A DNA stretch of 64,000 bases from Oscillospiraceae bacterium. GTDB taxonomy: Bacteria > Bacillota > Clostridia > Oscillospirales > Oscillospiraceae. Every line of letters begins with the position of its first letter. Within the stretch, counting starts at the first letter, position 1. This document shows positions 9,701 to 19,219 of the stretch, piece by piece. The notes below the pieces were generated by a model. That model did not search any database. It saw only the letters and a program-made list of their open reading frames with translations, and had not been told where the DNA came from. The stretch covers positions 837 through 64,836 of the forward strand of contig JBFWIW010000005.1 in NCBI GenBank assembly GCA_050253535.1, read 5' to 3'. The translations under genes and the position numbers were made by a program.

Positions 9701-12036
9701 GCATGATGGTGAAATACAGGATTCACGAGGTCGCGAAGGACTTCAAGATGAATTCCAGGCAGATCTCGGATATCCTTGCGAAATATGCGACCGCACCCAA
9801 GAACCATATGCAGGTTCTTGAGGAGGCGGAGCTTGACCTGATCTTCGAATACCTCACCCAGAATAATCAGATATCCGACATGGAGGGGATTTTTGCCCAG
9901 GCAAAGGCAGCGCCTGACCATAAAGCCGAACCCGTGAAGGCACCGCAGGCGGGTGGTATTCAGGAAGTCAAGACAACGGCGCATGGGGACACGCCGCTTG
10001 CACAGCAGGTCCCGGTACAGGCTCCCGCAAAGCAGGAAGCAAAACCCCACCAGCCGAAGATATTACCACAGAAGCGGATTGTCGACACCTCCGGTGTTAC
10101 CATAAATATCGCAAAATACGACGAGAGGCTCGATAATCTTGTGCCGGACCGCGCACAGAACATGAAACACGGTAAGGAGAAGTTTACCAAAAAACCAGTC
10201 AGAGGGCAGAGCGTTACCTTCAACGCGAAGCGCCGCCAGGAGGAACGCGACAAACTCCAGAAACTTCAGTTTGAGGTTGCTAAGAAAGCGCCCCTGCGTG
10301 TGCAGATTCCAGAAGAAATAGGCGTCGGCGAGCTGGCAATCAGGGTAAAAAAGACTGGTGCCGAAGTTGTGAAAAGGCTCATCAAACTTGGAGTCATGGC
10401 GTCTGTATCTGATGTCATAGACTACGATACCGCGGCGCTTGTCGCCATAGAGCTCGGATGCAAGGTCGAAAAAGAAGTTGTAGTCACAATAGAGGAAAAG
10501 CTCATCGATGACCATATCGATAACGATGAGGAGCTCGAGTCACGCGCGCCCGTTGTCGTCGTTATGGGGCACGTTGACCACGGAAAAACGTCCCTGCTTG
10601 ACAGGATACGTCGGGCAAACGTAGTCGCCGGTGAGGCGGGCGGCATAACGCAGCATATAGGGGCTTACAGGGTCGAAGTAAAAGGCAGTCCCATAACCTT
10701 TCTCGACACTCCGGGACACGAGGCGTTTACCTCCATGCGTGCCAGAGGCGCTATGGTTACCGATATAGCCATACTCATCATCGCAGCGGATGACGGAATT
10801 ATGCCGCAGACTGTGGAGTCCATAAACCACGCAAAGGCGGCGGAAATCCCGATAATCGTCGCTATCAACAAGATGGATGTTCAGGGTGCAAATCCCGAGA
10901 AGATAAAACAGCAGCTGACCGAATACGAGCTCGTACCCGAGGAATGGGGCGGCGAAACTATAATATGTCCCATATCAGCGAAGACCGGAGATGGGATAGA
11001 GCAACTTCTTGAAATGGTTGCTTTAACGGCCGAAATGAAAGAGCTCCGCGCAAATCCCAACAGGGCTGCTAGGGGCACAGTCATTGAGGCGAGGCTTGAC
11101 AAGGGCCGCGGCCCGATAATGACCGTCTTAATCCAGAATGGTACGCTCAATCAGGGAGATATTATTATCGCCGGGACGGCCGTGGGGCGTGTGCGGATGA
11201 TGACCAATGACAAAGGCGAGCGTGTTACAGAGGCGGGCCCATCCATACCGGTTGAGATTGCGGGAATGTCCGAGGTGCCGGGCGCCGGGGATACATTCAA
11301 CGCCGTCGCGGATGAGAGAATGGCCAAAGAGCTGGCAGAGCAGAGGCGCGACGAGCAGAAAAATACAGGTGCCGGCAACAGAAAGGTCACGCTCGAAGAT
11401 CTGTTCGCCCAGATAAAAGAGGGCGAGCTGAAAGATTTGGATATCATAGTGAAGGCTGATGTTCAGGGTTCGGCAGAGGCAATAAAAACCTCCCTTGAAA
11501 AGCTCTCCAACGACGAAGTGCGTGTAAAAGTCATCCATTCCGGCGTTGGTGCGATAAGCGAATCTGACGTCATGCTCGCAGCGACATCCGGCGCAATAAT
11601 TGTTGGATTCAACGTGAGGCCGGATAATGCAGCGCGCGACAGCGCCCAGCGCGCGAATGTCGACATACGCATGTACAGAGTCATCTATGACTGCATAAAC
11701 GAGATAGAGGCCGCAATGAAGGGTCTGCTCGCGCCGAAATTCAAAGAGGCGGTTCTCGGCCACGCTGAGGTGCGCCAGGTTATAAAGGTCTCGCACATCG
11801 GAACGGTCTGCGGCTGCTATGTGCTGGATGGCAAGATTATGCGTGGCAGCAAGGTGCGCGTTGTGCGCGACGGTATTGTTGTACACGAAGGTGATCTCTC
11901 CTCACTGCGGCGCTTCAAGGACGATGTAAAGGAAGTACAGCAGGGTTACGAGTGCGGTATTTCCATTGAAAAATTCAGTGATATTAAAGAGAGGGACGTC
12001 ATCGAGGCGTTCATTATGGAACAGATTCAGGCTTAA
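9697..12036 (+). CDS. infB: Translation initiation factor IF-2
   Basis: 779-aa ORF with GTPase motifs [18 protein letters not shown]. Confidence 0.95.
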   Translation: MSMMVKYRIHEVAKDFKMNSRQISDILAKYATAPKNHMQVLEEAELDLIFEYLTQNNQISDMEGIFAQAKAAPDHKAEPVKAPQAGGIQEVKTTAHGDTPLAQQVPVQAPAKQEAKPHQPKILPQKRIVDTSGVTINIAKYDERLDNLVPDRAQNMKHGKEKFTKKPVRGQSVTFNAKRRQEERDKLQKLQFEVAKKAPLRVQIPEEIGVGELAIRVKKTGAEVVKRLIKLGVMASVSDVIDYDTAALVAIELGCKVEKEVVVTIEEKLIDDHIDNDEELESRAPVVVVMGHVDHGKTSLLDRIRRANVVAGEAGGITQHIGAYRVEVKGSPITFLDTPGHEAFTSMRARGAMVTDIAILIIAADDGIMPQTVESINHAKAAEIPIIVAINKMDVQGANPEKIKQQLTEYELVPEEWGGETIICPISAKTGDGIEQLLEMVALTAEMKELRANPNRAARGTVIEARLDKGRGPIMTVLIQNGTLNQGDIIIAGTAVGRVRMMTNDKGERVTEAGPSIPVEIAGMSEVPGAGDTFNAVADERMAKELAEQRRDEQKNTGAGNRKVTLEDLFAQIKEGELKDLDIIVKADVQGSAEAIKTSLEKLSNDEVRVKVIHSGVGAISESDVMLAATSGAIIVGFNVRPDNAARDSAQRANVDIRMYRVIYDCINEIEAAMKGLLAPKFKEAVLGHAEVRQVIKVSHIGTVCGCYVLDGKIMRGSKVRVVRDGIVVHEGDLSSLRRFKDDVKEVQQGYECGISIEKFSDIKERDVIEAFIMEQIQA

Positions 12037-12111
12037 GTCCCTCAAAAATACCCATCTAAACGACGGGTGGGCCGGGGGCCCGCCCGCTTGATCTGTAGAG
12101 AGGTAAAAGAC

Positions 12112-12465
12112 ATGGCCAACAATAAGATACAACGGATAAACGAGGATATTCAGGTGTCACTCGCGGGACTCATTCGTGAAATTAAGGACCCAAGAGTCCG
12201 GCAGGGTATGATAAGCATAACTTCTGTCGATACGACGGGTGACCTGCGTTACTGTAAGGTATATCTCAGCGTTTTTGGTCTCCAGTCCGAGAAGGAGTTT
12301 CTGAAAGGACTTAAATCTTCTTCCGGCTGGCTGCGGCATGAGCTCGCTGCATCGGTAAAGCTCAGAAACGTGCCGGAACTTATTTTTGAACTCGATAAGT
12401 CCATTGAGCACGGGGCTCACATAAATCAGATACTTTCCGATCTCAAAAGGCCGGAGGACGAGTGA
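12112..12465 (+). CDS. rbfA: Ribosome-binding factor A
   Basis: Track ORF trimmed to ATG 12112 (MANNKIQRINEDIQVSLAGLIRE...) after AGAGAGG. Conserved position after infB. Confidence 0.85.
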   Translation: MANNKIQRINEDIQVSLAGLIREIKDPRVRQGMISITSVDTTGDLRYCKVYLSVFGLQSEKEFLKGLKSSSGWLRHELAASVKLRNVPELIFELDKSIEHGAHINQILSDLKRPEDE

Positions 12466-12466
12466 T

Positions 12467-13420
12467 ATGAAGATTTCTTTGAAAGATACTGCCGCCTGGC
12501 TGGCAGCAGCGGACAGGTTTCTGATAATAACGCACCGCAGACCGGACGGGGACACCCTTTGTTCAGCCTCAGCTCTGGCCCGGGGCCTTAAAAAGCTCGG
12601 AAAGACGGTCTGGCTTTACAGAAATCCGGAGGCAACCGAAAAATACACCTCGATGATGGGGAATCTATTCGCACCGGAAGGATACGATTTTGAGCACATT
12701 ATCTCTGTCGACACAGCCAGCGCCGAACAATATCCAAACGGTGCGGAGGACATGCCTGAAAAGACAGTGCTATGTATAGATCACCACATTTCGAACACGG
12801 GATATGCCGAGCGCACCTGTCTTGTTCCCGAGTACGCGGCCTGCGGGGAGATAGTATACGACATTCTCATGGCGCTTTCAGATGGTATAGACGCGGAGAC
12901 AGCAAAGTACCTGTACATCGCCGTGTCCACCGACACAGGATGCTTTGCATACGCCAACACGACTGCAAATACACTGCGCTGTGCCGCGAGCCTTATTGAT
13001 GCGGGTGCGCCGAATGCCGACCTGAACAAGACTTTTTTCAGGACAAAGGCAAAGAGCCGCCTGATTCTTGAGGGGATGCTTATTAACGGAATTACGTTCG
13101 AGTTCGGCGGAAAGGTGGCCTTCGCCATAGTTACACAGAAGATGATAAAGGATTCCGGTGCCGCAGAGGAGGCCATGGATGACATAGCCGCCATCCCCGG
13201 ACAGATTGAGGGTGTGCTGGCGGGAATCACTATTAAGGAACTTCCGGACAGGCAGTGCAGGATATCCGTTCGCACAATGCCGGATCTCAACGCAAACGCG
13301 CTCTGTTCCTATTTCGATGGAGGCGGACACGTCTTGGCCTCGGGCTGCGGGATAAACGCGACGGCTCCGGAGGCAAAAGAGAGGCTTATTATGGCAATGC
13401 GGGAAATCTGGGGGCTTTAA
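12467..13420 (+). CDS. DHH/DHHA1 phosphoesterase (NrnA-like oligoribonuclease/pAp phosphatase)
   Basis: 317-aa ORF with HRRPDGDTLCS and CIDHHISN (DHH) motifs and C-terminal GGGH (DHHA1). Confidence 0.8.
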   Translation: MKISLKDTAAWLAAADRFLIITHRRPDGDTLCSASALARGLKKLGKTVWLYRNPEATEKYTSMMGNLFAPEGYDFEHIISVDTASAEQYPNGAEDMPEKTVLCIDHHISNTGYAERTCLVPEYAACGEIVYDILMALSDGIDAETAKYLYIAVSTDTGCFAYANTTANTLRCAASLIDAGAPNADLNKTFFRTKAKSRLILEGMLINGITFEFGGKVAFAIVTQKMIKDSGAAEEAMDDIAAIPGQIEGVLAGITIKELPDRQCRISVRTMPDLNANALCSYFDGGGHVLASGCGINATAPEAKERLIMAMREIWGL

Positions 13421-13424
13421 GCCT

Positions 13425-14294
13425 GTGAACGGTATAATAGTAATAGACAAGCCCGAGGGCTGGACGTCACATGATGTCGTCGGAAAGCTCCGCGGGCTTT
13501 TGCGTGAGAGACGCATTGGGCACGGAGGGACGCTGGACCCGTTGGCGACGGGTGTACTGCCGGTTTTCGTGGGCAGGGCAACGCGCGCCGCGGAGTTTTG
13601 CGCGTCGGCCGAAAAGGAGTATATCGCGGGTTTTCGTCCGGGACTCGTCACGGATACTCAGGATACGACCGGGACGGTTATCTCCGAGATAAAAATTGGT
13701 TTGACAAGGGAAGTCCTTGAAGCGGTGCTTCCTCTTTTCAGGGGAGCGCAGAAACAGATACCGCCGATGTATTCGGCGGTAAAAATAGACGGTAAAAAGC
13801 TCTATTCGATAGCCAGAAAGGGCGGTGAGGTTGAGCGCGCACCGCGCGATATTGAGATTAAAAAGCTTGATATCATAGGCCAGGAGGGTGGAGATTATTT
13901 GCTGGATGTTGTTTGCTCCAAAGGGACTTATATCAGAACGCTCTGCCACGATATAGGAGCGCGTCTGGGCTGCGGCGGTGCTATGTCTTCACTCAGAAGG
14001 GTCAGGGCAGGCTTGTTTTCACTCTCGGATGCCGTTTCTCTGTGCGAGGTGCAAAAAGCCTCGGAAGAGGGGCGGGCCGACCTGCTTCTAAAACCTGTGG
14101 ATACGCTTTTTCTGGAATGTCCGGCGCTCCACATCGGCCCTGAAGAGGAGAAAAAATGCCGCTGCGGCGCGCCGTTTGACGCAATAGCCGAAGACGGCAG
14201 ATACAGGGTATACGGAGCGGACGGCAGATTTCTTATGCTTGGCGATGTCTCCCAAAAAACGGTCAAGACCGTTAAAAGCTTTTTTGAAGTGTGA
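13425..14294 (+). CDS. truB: tRNA pseudouridine(55) synthase
   Basis: 289-aa ORF with the GHGGTLDPLATGVLPV motif. Conserved operon position. Confidence 0.9.
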   Translation: MNGIIVIDKPEGWTSHDVVGKLRGLLRERRIGHGGTLDPLATGVLPVFVGRATRAAEFCASAEKEYIAGFRPGLVTDTQDTTGTVISEIKIGLTREVLEAVLPLFRGAQKQIPPMYSAVKIDGKKLYSIARKGGEVERAPRDIEIKKLDIIGQEGGDYLLDVVCSKGTYIRTLCHDIGARLGCGGAMSSLRRVRAGLFSLSDAVSLCEVQKASEEGRADLLLKPVDTLFLECPALHIGPEEEKKCRCGAPFDAIAEDGRYRVYGADGRFLMLGDVSQKTVKTVKSFFEV

Positions 14295-14305
14295 GCTGAT
14301 TCTTT

Positions 14306-15211
14306 ATGAGAAATATAAAGGGGCGCGTAATTGCGCTGGGTTTTTTTGACGGAGTGCACCTTGGCCACAGGGCCCTCATTGAAAAAACGATTGAAAGAGC
14401 GGCTGAGCGCGGGATCACCCCTTCTGTCATCTCGTTTGATGCGCACCCGTCGAGCATGACGGGAGATAAACCTGTTCCTCTTATAAATTCGTCCATAGAC
14501 AGAGCGGACATGTTTCGACGCTATTTCGGTATCGAGGACACAATATTCCTGCACTTCGACAGGGATCTCATGAGTATGGAGTGGTATAGCTTCGTTGATT
14601 GGCTGACAGAAGGCTTTGGGGCGAGACACCTTGTCGCGGGTTATGATTTTCGTTTTGGTTTCCACGGCGCCGGTGATTCGGAAAGGCTCGTGAAAAAGTG
14701 CGCTCAGCTCGGTATCGGATGCGACATCGTACCCAAAGTCACGCTTGGAGGCATAACGATAAGCTCGACTTACATAAGAGAGCTTCTCACATCAGGCAGG
14801 GTCGAAGAGGCCAACCGATTTATGGGACACCCGCACACGCTTACAGATACGGTCCGCCACGGCTTTAGGCTGGGCAGCGCTCTCGGAATACCTACCATCA
14901 ACATGCAGTTCGGAGAAGGGATACTACAGCCGGCCCGTGGGGTCTACGCGACAAAGGTCTATCTGGAGAATGGCGGCATATATACAGCAGTCACCAACAT
15001 AGGCGTGAGGCCGACGGTATCCGGCGGGAACACCGTTTCCGTCGAGAGTCATATTCTCGACTATTCCGGGAACCTCTATGGCAGACGCGTTCGGCTGGAG
15101 TTTTTCAAGTATCTGCGGCCCGAGGTCAAATTTGCCGATGTGACCGCACTCCGAACTCAGGTGGAAAAGGATGAAAACGCGGCGCGGGAATTTTTTGAGT
15201 CAATTAAATAA
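14306..15211 (+). CDS. ribF: Bifunctional riboflavin kinase/FMN adenylyltransferase
   Basis: 301-aa ORF with N-terminal GFFDGVHLGH nucleotidyltransferase motif and a C-terminal riboflavin kinase region. Confidence 0.9.
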   Translation: MRNIKGRVIALGFFDGVHLGHRALIEKTIERAAERGITPSVISFDAHPSSMTGDKPVPLINSSIDRADMFRRYFGIEDTIFLHFDRDLMSMEWYSFVDWLTEGFGARHLVAGYDFRFGFHGAGDSERLVKKCAQLGIGCDIVPKVTLGGITISSTYIRELLTSGRVEEANRFMGHPHTLTDTVRHGFRLGSALGIPTINMQFGEGILQPARGVYATKVYLENGGIYTAVTNIGVRPTVSGGNTVSVESHILDYSGNLYGRRVRLEFFKYLRPEVKFADVTALRTQVEKDENAAREFFESIK

Positions 15212-15216
15212 TTAAA

Positions 15217-15243
15217 GCGGCCGGATTTGTCCGGCCGCTTCTT
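15217..15243. terminator. Bidirectional terminator between convergent ribF and PHP genes
   Basis: GCGGCCGG-atttgt-CCGGCCGC hairpin flanked by A-rich (left) and T-rich (right) sequence. Confidence 0.7.
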
Positions 15244-15246
15244 ATA

Positions 15247-15930
15247 TCAGGAACAAATATATTTTGCCAGACTACAGAAATCCGGCGACTCCAACGGGAG
15301 GGGGAAACCACCCTCGGGTATATCGCTCATTCTGTGCGCGTCGGAGGCCTTTATTATTTTCAGCCCTTGGGGAAGCCCGTCCGGAATTTTGTGACGGATC
15401 TCCGCCGCCTTGACTTTAAGCTCCTCCGGCCATGAGCCGAGCACCGCGAAAAGGCCGTTTGCATCCCTGTCGACATGGGCGGGATAACATATACCGCCGT
15501 ACTCCCCGACTATCTGCGGCAGGTCAATTATGGAAAATCCGCAGCCGGTGATTAAAAGCTTGGCTTCCTCATCCGTCTTGCCGTCAGGGTGCATGATAAT
15601 CTGATTTCCGAAAATCTCCCTGCGGTTCGGGATATAGGGAATACTCTCGTAAAGCCGGCTGTCAAAGGACATGGCCGAATCAAGGCCCGGGAACAGGCAA
15701 ACACAGTGGATATCCTCCGCTGTTGTCACCTCGGCGCCCGGAATGAAGCCAATACCGTATTCCTCCGCTGCCGCGGCTGCGGCCGGACAGTTTTTCACTG
15801 AGTTGTGGTCGGTGAGCGCTATTAGGTCCATACCGCAGAGTTTTGCCATACCGACAAGATCAAAAGGCGTCATTTCGTCGTCACCGCAGGGCGACAGACA
15901 CGAGTGCATGTGCAGGTCGGTCGATATCAT
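15247..15930 (-). CDS. PHP-domain phosphoesterase
   Basis: 227-aa ORF. N-terminus DLHMHSCLSPCGD plus later TDHNS and HVDR His/Asp motifs typical of PHP metal-dependent phosphoesterases. 4-nt overlap with the upstream gene. Confidence 0.8.
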   Translation of the reverse strand: MISTDLHMHSCLSPCGDDEMTPFDLVGMAKLCGMDLIALTDHNSVKNCPAAAAAAEEYGIGFIPGAEVTTAEDIHCVCLFPGLDSAMSFDSRLYESIPYIPNRREIFGNQIIMHPDGKTDEEAKLLITGCGFSIIDLPQIVGEYGGICYPAHVDRDANGLFAVLGSWPEELKVKAAEIRHKIPDGLPQGLKIIKASDAHRMSDIPEGGFPLPLESPDFCSLAKYICS

Positions 15931-16241
15931 AAGGACGAACCTATCCGGACCGCCGTCTCATATATCGGTTTGTCACTCCGGAGAAGCGTTATCCTTCCCT
16001 TAGCGGCCTCGATTGCGGCCTGGTCAAAGGAATAGCCCTCCGCTATGACGACGCAGGATACGTCGGCGAGCGTCGCCACGGCGACGACGTTCGCGTTGCC
16101 GATTACAGTGACCCACGCGGCATCCTGCGGCGCCCTCGCCATCGCAACCGAAAGAAGGTCGCAGCAAAACACGGCCTCGACTTTCCGGTCCGCTTCGAGT
16201 ACTACGGGCTTAAATATTTCAGATATATCATGGACGGTCAT
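15927..16241 (-). CDS. DRTGG-like domain protein
   Basis: Track ORF trimmed to ATG 16241 (MTVHDISEIF...) after GAGAGGG. About 105 aa, resembles the second DRTGG protein at 18067-18417. Family call by resemblance. Confidence 0.6.
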   Translation of the reverse strand: MTVHDISEIFKPVVLEADRKVEAVFCCDLLSVAMARAPQDAAWVTVIGNANVVAVATLADVSCVVIAEGYSFDQAAIEAAKGRITLLRSDKPIYETAVRIGSSL

Positions 16242-16254
16242 ACTGATTACCCTC

Positions 16255-17586
16255 TCAAGAATTATTATTTTCCGGGTTATCCTCATTATTTTCCGTGTTA
16301 TCCTGTTTGTTTTCAGCGCTGTCCTCCCCGGATTTGCTGCTTAAAAGCTTCTGCAGCTTTTCGCGCATGAGGAATATGCACTGCTCCTCTGTGGCCCAAC
16401 CGCCGACGATGTCCTCAGCGAGTGCGCGGCATGAAGGTGCACCGCATGCGCCGCAGTCCATCCCGTTGAAGCTCTCCTCAAGCTCTTTGATGCGGTTCAG
16501 TTTGTCCATCGCTGTAGCGACGTCGGAATCGAGCTGCAAAACAGGGTCATACTCAACTGTGTCGTCCCAGCGAAGCTCTTCGATGGGAATGTCCTCCGGC
16601 GGCATGACGGGTGTCATGGCGCTCATAAGACGGTTTAGGCGCGCACGCGCGATGAACGGGTTCTCGACGGTGAGTACACCGCCGACGCAGCCGCCGATGC
16701 AGGCGTTGAGTTCGATAAATTCGACCCTTGTGAGCTTTTCGTCCTCAAGTGCCTCAAGGATGTGGATGACGTTTTCCATCCCGTCCGCCGCGAGGTAATT
16801 CGGTTCTTTCGAGCCGGTACACTCTCCTCCGGAAACAGCCCAGCCGACTCCGACGGTGCCTGAACGGGCGAGATTCTCGGGCTCCTTCACGGTTTTTATC
16901 GCGTTTAAAAGCTTTGGATATACTTCGGAAATGGAGATAATTGCGTCTACAGCGCTCTCTTTAGTGCCGAGGGGTACCTTCATACTGGTCGCCTTTGCGG
17001 GGCACGGCGATATAAAGATACATCCTATGCGCTCGGGCGGAAGCCCGGTTTTTTTGACAGCGAGCCTTTTTGCCCAGCGTGCGGCGACCTCCATCGGCGG
17101 GTGATATTTCAGAAGATGGGGGAGAAGAGAGGGGAAACGTACGCGGATAATGCGCAGTACTGCCGGACAGGCTGTGCTGATGACCGGCATAGGGAGCTTT
17201 TTTTCTGCCATGTCCCGCCGAGTTGCCTCTGAAACAGCCTCCGCTGCGACAGAGACCTCGAACACGTCGTCGAAACCAATTCTTTTAAGTGCGGTGAGAA
17301 GTACGTTGCGGTCAGTTAAGTGCTTGAACTGGCCATATAGCGTAGGCGCCGGGAGTGCCACCGTATAGTCATAATTTTTGAGTACATCGAATGTATCGAC
17401 AACAGCCTTTTTGGCGTGGTTAGGACATACGCGTATGCATTCCCCGCAGTCGATACAGCGCTCCTTTATTATTTTTGCCTTCTTGTCCCGGACACGGATG
17501 GCTTCCATTGGGCACCGCTTAACACAGGTGGTGCAGCCCTTGCAGAGTTCACTGTCCAGTGTGACGGAATGAGCAAATTTTTCCAA
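16255..17586 (-). CDS. [FeFe]-hydrogenase-like protein, putative sensory type without PAS domain
   Basis: Two 4Fe-4S motifs (CKGCTTCVKRCP, CIDCGECIRVCP). H-cluster motifs STACPAV, SPCPAK and ELNACIGGCVGG, plus an extra CGACGAPSC. TTG start after GGAAAGGA. Confidence 0.8.
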   Translation of the reverse strand: MEKFAHSVTLDSELCKGCTTCVKRCPMEAIRVRDKKAKIIKERCIDCGECIRVCPNHAKKAVVDTFDVLKNYDYTVALPAPTLYGQFKHLTDRNVLLTALKRIGFDDVFEVSVAAEAVSEATRRDMAEKKLPMPVISTACPAVLRIIRVRFPSLLPHLLKYHPPMEVAARWAKRLAVKKTGLPPERIGCIFISPCPAKATSMKVPLGTKESAVDAIISISEVYPKLLNAIKTVKEPENLARSGTVGVGWAVSGGECTGSKEPNYLAADGMENVIHILEALEDEKLTRVEFIELNACIGGCVGGVLTVENPFIARARLNRLMSAMTPVMPPEDIPIEELRWDDTVEYDPVLQLDSDVATAMDKLNRIKELEESFNGMDCGACGAPSCRALAEDIVGGWATEEQCIFLMREKLQKLLSSKSGEDSAENKQDNTENNEDNPENNNS

Positions 17587-17647
17587 AGCAATATCCTTTC
17601 CGATACCGATTAACCACTTTAACCATTAATAGGCGCCAATAGCGCGG

Positions 17648-18067
17648 TTAGACGGCGACCTTCATTGTAACGGTCGTTCCGACTCCAAGAGTCGTTTTAA
17701 TATCGAGCGAATCGGTATACTTCTTTATATTGGGAAGTCCCATGCCGGCTCCGAATCCAAGGTCGCGCACGGTCTCGGACGCGGTCGAGTACCCCTCCTG
17801 CATGGCAAGATCAATGTTGGGGATGCCGGGCCCCACGTCGGCAAATTCCACCGTAATTTCCTCCGGGGTTATATAAGCGGTTATCTTTCCGCCGTTTGCA
17901 TGGATAACCATGTTAATCTCAGCTTCGTACATCGCAATGGCGACGCGCCTCACGACCACAGGTGAGAATCCCAAATCCTTGAGTGTCTTCTTCACGATGC
18001 CGGAAGCCTCACCGGCGTGAGAAAAATCGTCTGCCGATACAGTAAACTGTAGGGTAAGCGGCTGCAT
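17648..18067 (-). CDS. GHKL ATPase / anti-sigma-factor-like Ser/Thr kinase (SpoIIAB/RsbW size class)
   Basis: 139-aa ORF with an N-box-like AMYEAEINMVIHANGG and G-box GFGAGMGLPNI. 1-nt overlap with the upstream DRTGG gene. Confidence 0.7.
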   Translation of the reverse strand: MQPLTLQFTVSADDFSHAGEASGIVKKTLKDLGFSPVVVRRVAIAMYEAEINMVIHANGGKITAYITPEEITVEFADVGPGIPNIDLAMQEGYSTASETVRDLGFGAGMGLPNIKKYTDSLDIKTTLGVGTTVTMKVAV

Positions 18068-18417
18068 TATCTGCCGCCTCCGTTATGTAAGCCGGAGTTG
18101 TACAGCAGCCCGCAGGATGAAAACATCTTGTGGTGGGTTGACATAAGCGTCAGGCCGCGCTCTCTCGCGAGTTCAATCATCGAATCTGTCGGCTGCTTAC
18201 CACGGACGAGGACCACACACGCAATATCCATCATTTCGGCTGTACGTATAACCTGCGGGTTAACAAGACCGGTGAGAAGAACGGCCTGATCCTTTATATA
18301 TGCCAGAACGTCGCTCATAAGGTCACAGCCGCATGCGGAATGAACCTCACGGTCAAACTGTTCTTCGCCGCAGTATATCTTTGCGTCGAGAACAGCGGCA
18401 ATTTCAGAAATCTTCAT
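18067..18417 (-). CDS. DRTGG-domain protein
   Basis: 116-aa ORF with the VLLTGLVNPQVIRTA core typical of DRTGG domains. First gene of the minus-strand cluster. Confidence 0.65.
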   Translation of the reverse strand: MKISEIAAVLDAKIYCGEEQFDREVHSACGCDLMSDVLAYIKDQAVLLTGLVNPQVIRTAEMMDIACVVLVRGKQPTDSMIELARERGLTLMSTHHKMFSSCGLLYNSGLHNGGGR

Positions 18418-18518
18418 ATAAATTTCCTCCGTAATGTATAGAGATATGCGAATAACTCATCTGATAAATCTAATATATCAAAAACTTCAAACCAAAACAA
18501 CTTAAAAAATCACCAATT

Positions 18519-18565
18519 AAAAACATTTTTAATTTATAAACAGCTCAAACCCTAAAAATGTTTTT
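18519..18565. promoter_or_regulatory. 13-nt perfect inverted repeat in the divergent control region
   Basis: AAAAACATTTTTA (18519-18531) and TAAAAATGTTTTT (18553-18565) are exact reverse complements, 21 nt apart. Confidence 0.4.
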
Positions 18566-18604
18566 TTGTTTTTATTTGTTTTATGTACAATTATATAACA
18601 CATA

Positions 18605-18613
18605 TGTTATAAT
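18605..18613 (+). promoter_or_regulatory. Extended -10 element for the plus-strand GHKL ATPase gene
   Basis: TGtTATAAT, 33 nt upstream of ATG 18647. The -35 region is weak (GTACAA). Confidence 0.5.
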
Positions 18614-18646
18614 GCTTTCGGTAAACACAGACGGGGGGATGCGTAT

Positions 18647-19198
18647 ATGATGCCGGAGCTGTCGCTCAATATTTTGGACCTCGCACAGAACTCCGTTACG
18701 GCGAAAGCTACACTCATTACTATAACGGTGTCGGCGAATACGGAAAAGGACACGCTCTACATAGCAATAAAAGACAATGGCTGCGGGATGTCGGACGAGA
18801 AGGTGAAAAAAGTAACTGACCCGTTTTTCACCACGCGCACCACGCGCAAGGTCGGGCTTGGTATACCATTCTTTAAAATGGCGGCGGAACTCACCGGCGG
18901 ACATTTTAAAATAGAGAGCCAGCCCGGAGTCGGAACGACGACCAGCGCGGTTTTTGGGCTTAGTCATATTGACCGTATGCCGCTCGGAGACATGCCCGGG
19001 ACTATGACCGCGCTCATCGGACCGAACCCTGATATCGATTTTATACTTGATTACAGCGTCGATAACAGCGGTTTTATCATGGATACGCGCGAATTTCGGG
19101 AGGTTTTGGGTGACGTGAAGCTCAGTGAACCAGAGGTATTGGAATATATTTCCAACTTTTTGAGGGAAAACATGGCCGAATGCGTAAAATTTCTGTGA
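18647..19198 (+). CDS. Stand-alone histidine-kinase-type ATPase domain protein (HATPase_c only)
   Basis: 183-aa ORF. N-box NILDLAQNS starts at residue 8; G1 DNGCGM, G2 GLGIP. No room for a DHp/His phosphoacceptor domain. Confidence 0.75.
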   Translation: MMPELSLNILDLAQNSVTAKATLITITVSANTEKDTLYIAIKDNGCGMSDEKVKKVTDPFFTTRTTRKVGLGIPFFKMAAELTGGHFKIESQPGVGTTTSAVFGLSHIDRMPLGDMPGTMTALIGPNPDIDFILDYSVDNSGFIMDTREFREVLGDVKLSEPEVLEYISNFLRENMAECVKFL

Positions 19199-19219
19199 TT
19201 TTCTGTGTTTTATAAAAAT

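Noticed and set aside
12065-12085. GC hairpin GGGTGGGCC-ggg-GGCCCGCCC between infB and rbfA as a terminator
   Set aside because: No U-tract follows, and rbfA starts 27 nt later within the same conserved operon. More likely a processing or stability stem, and not strong enough to report as a finding.
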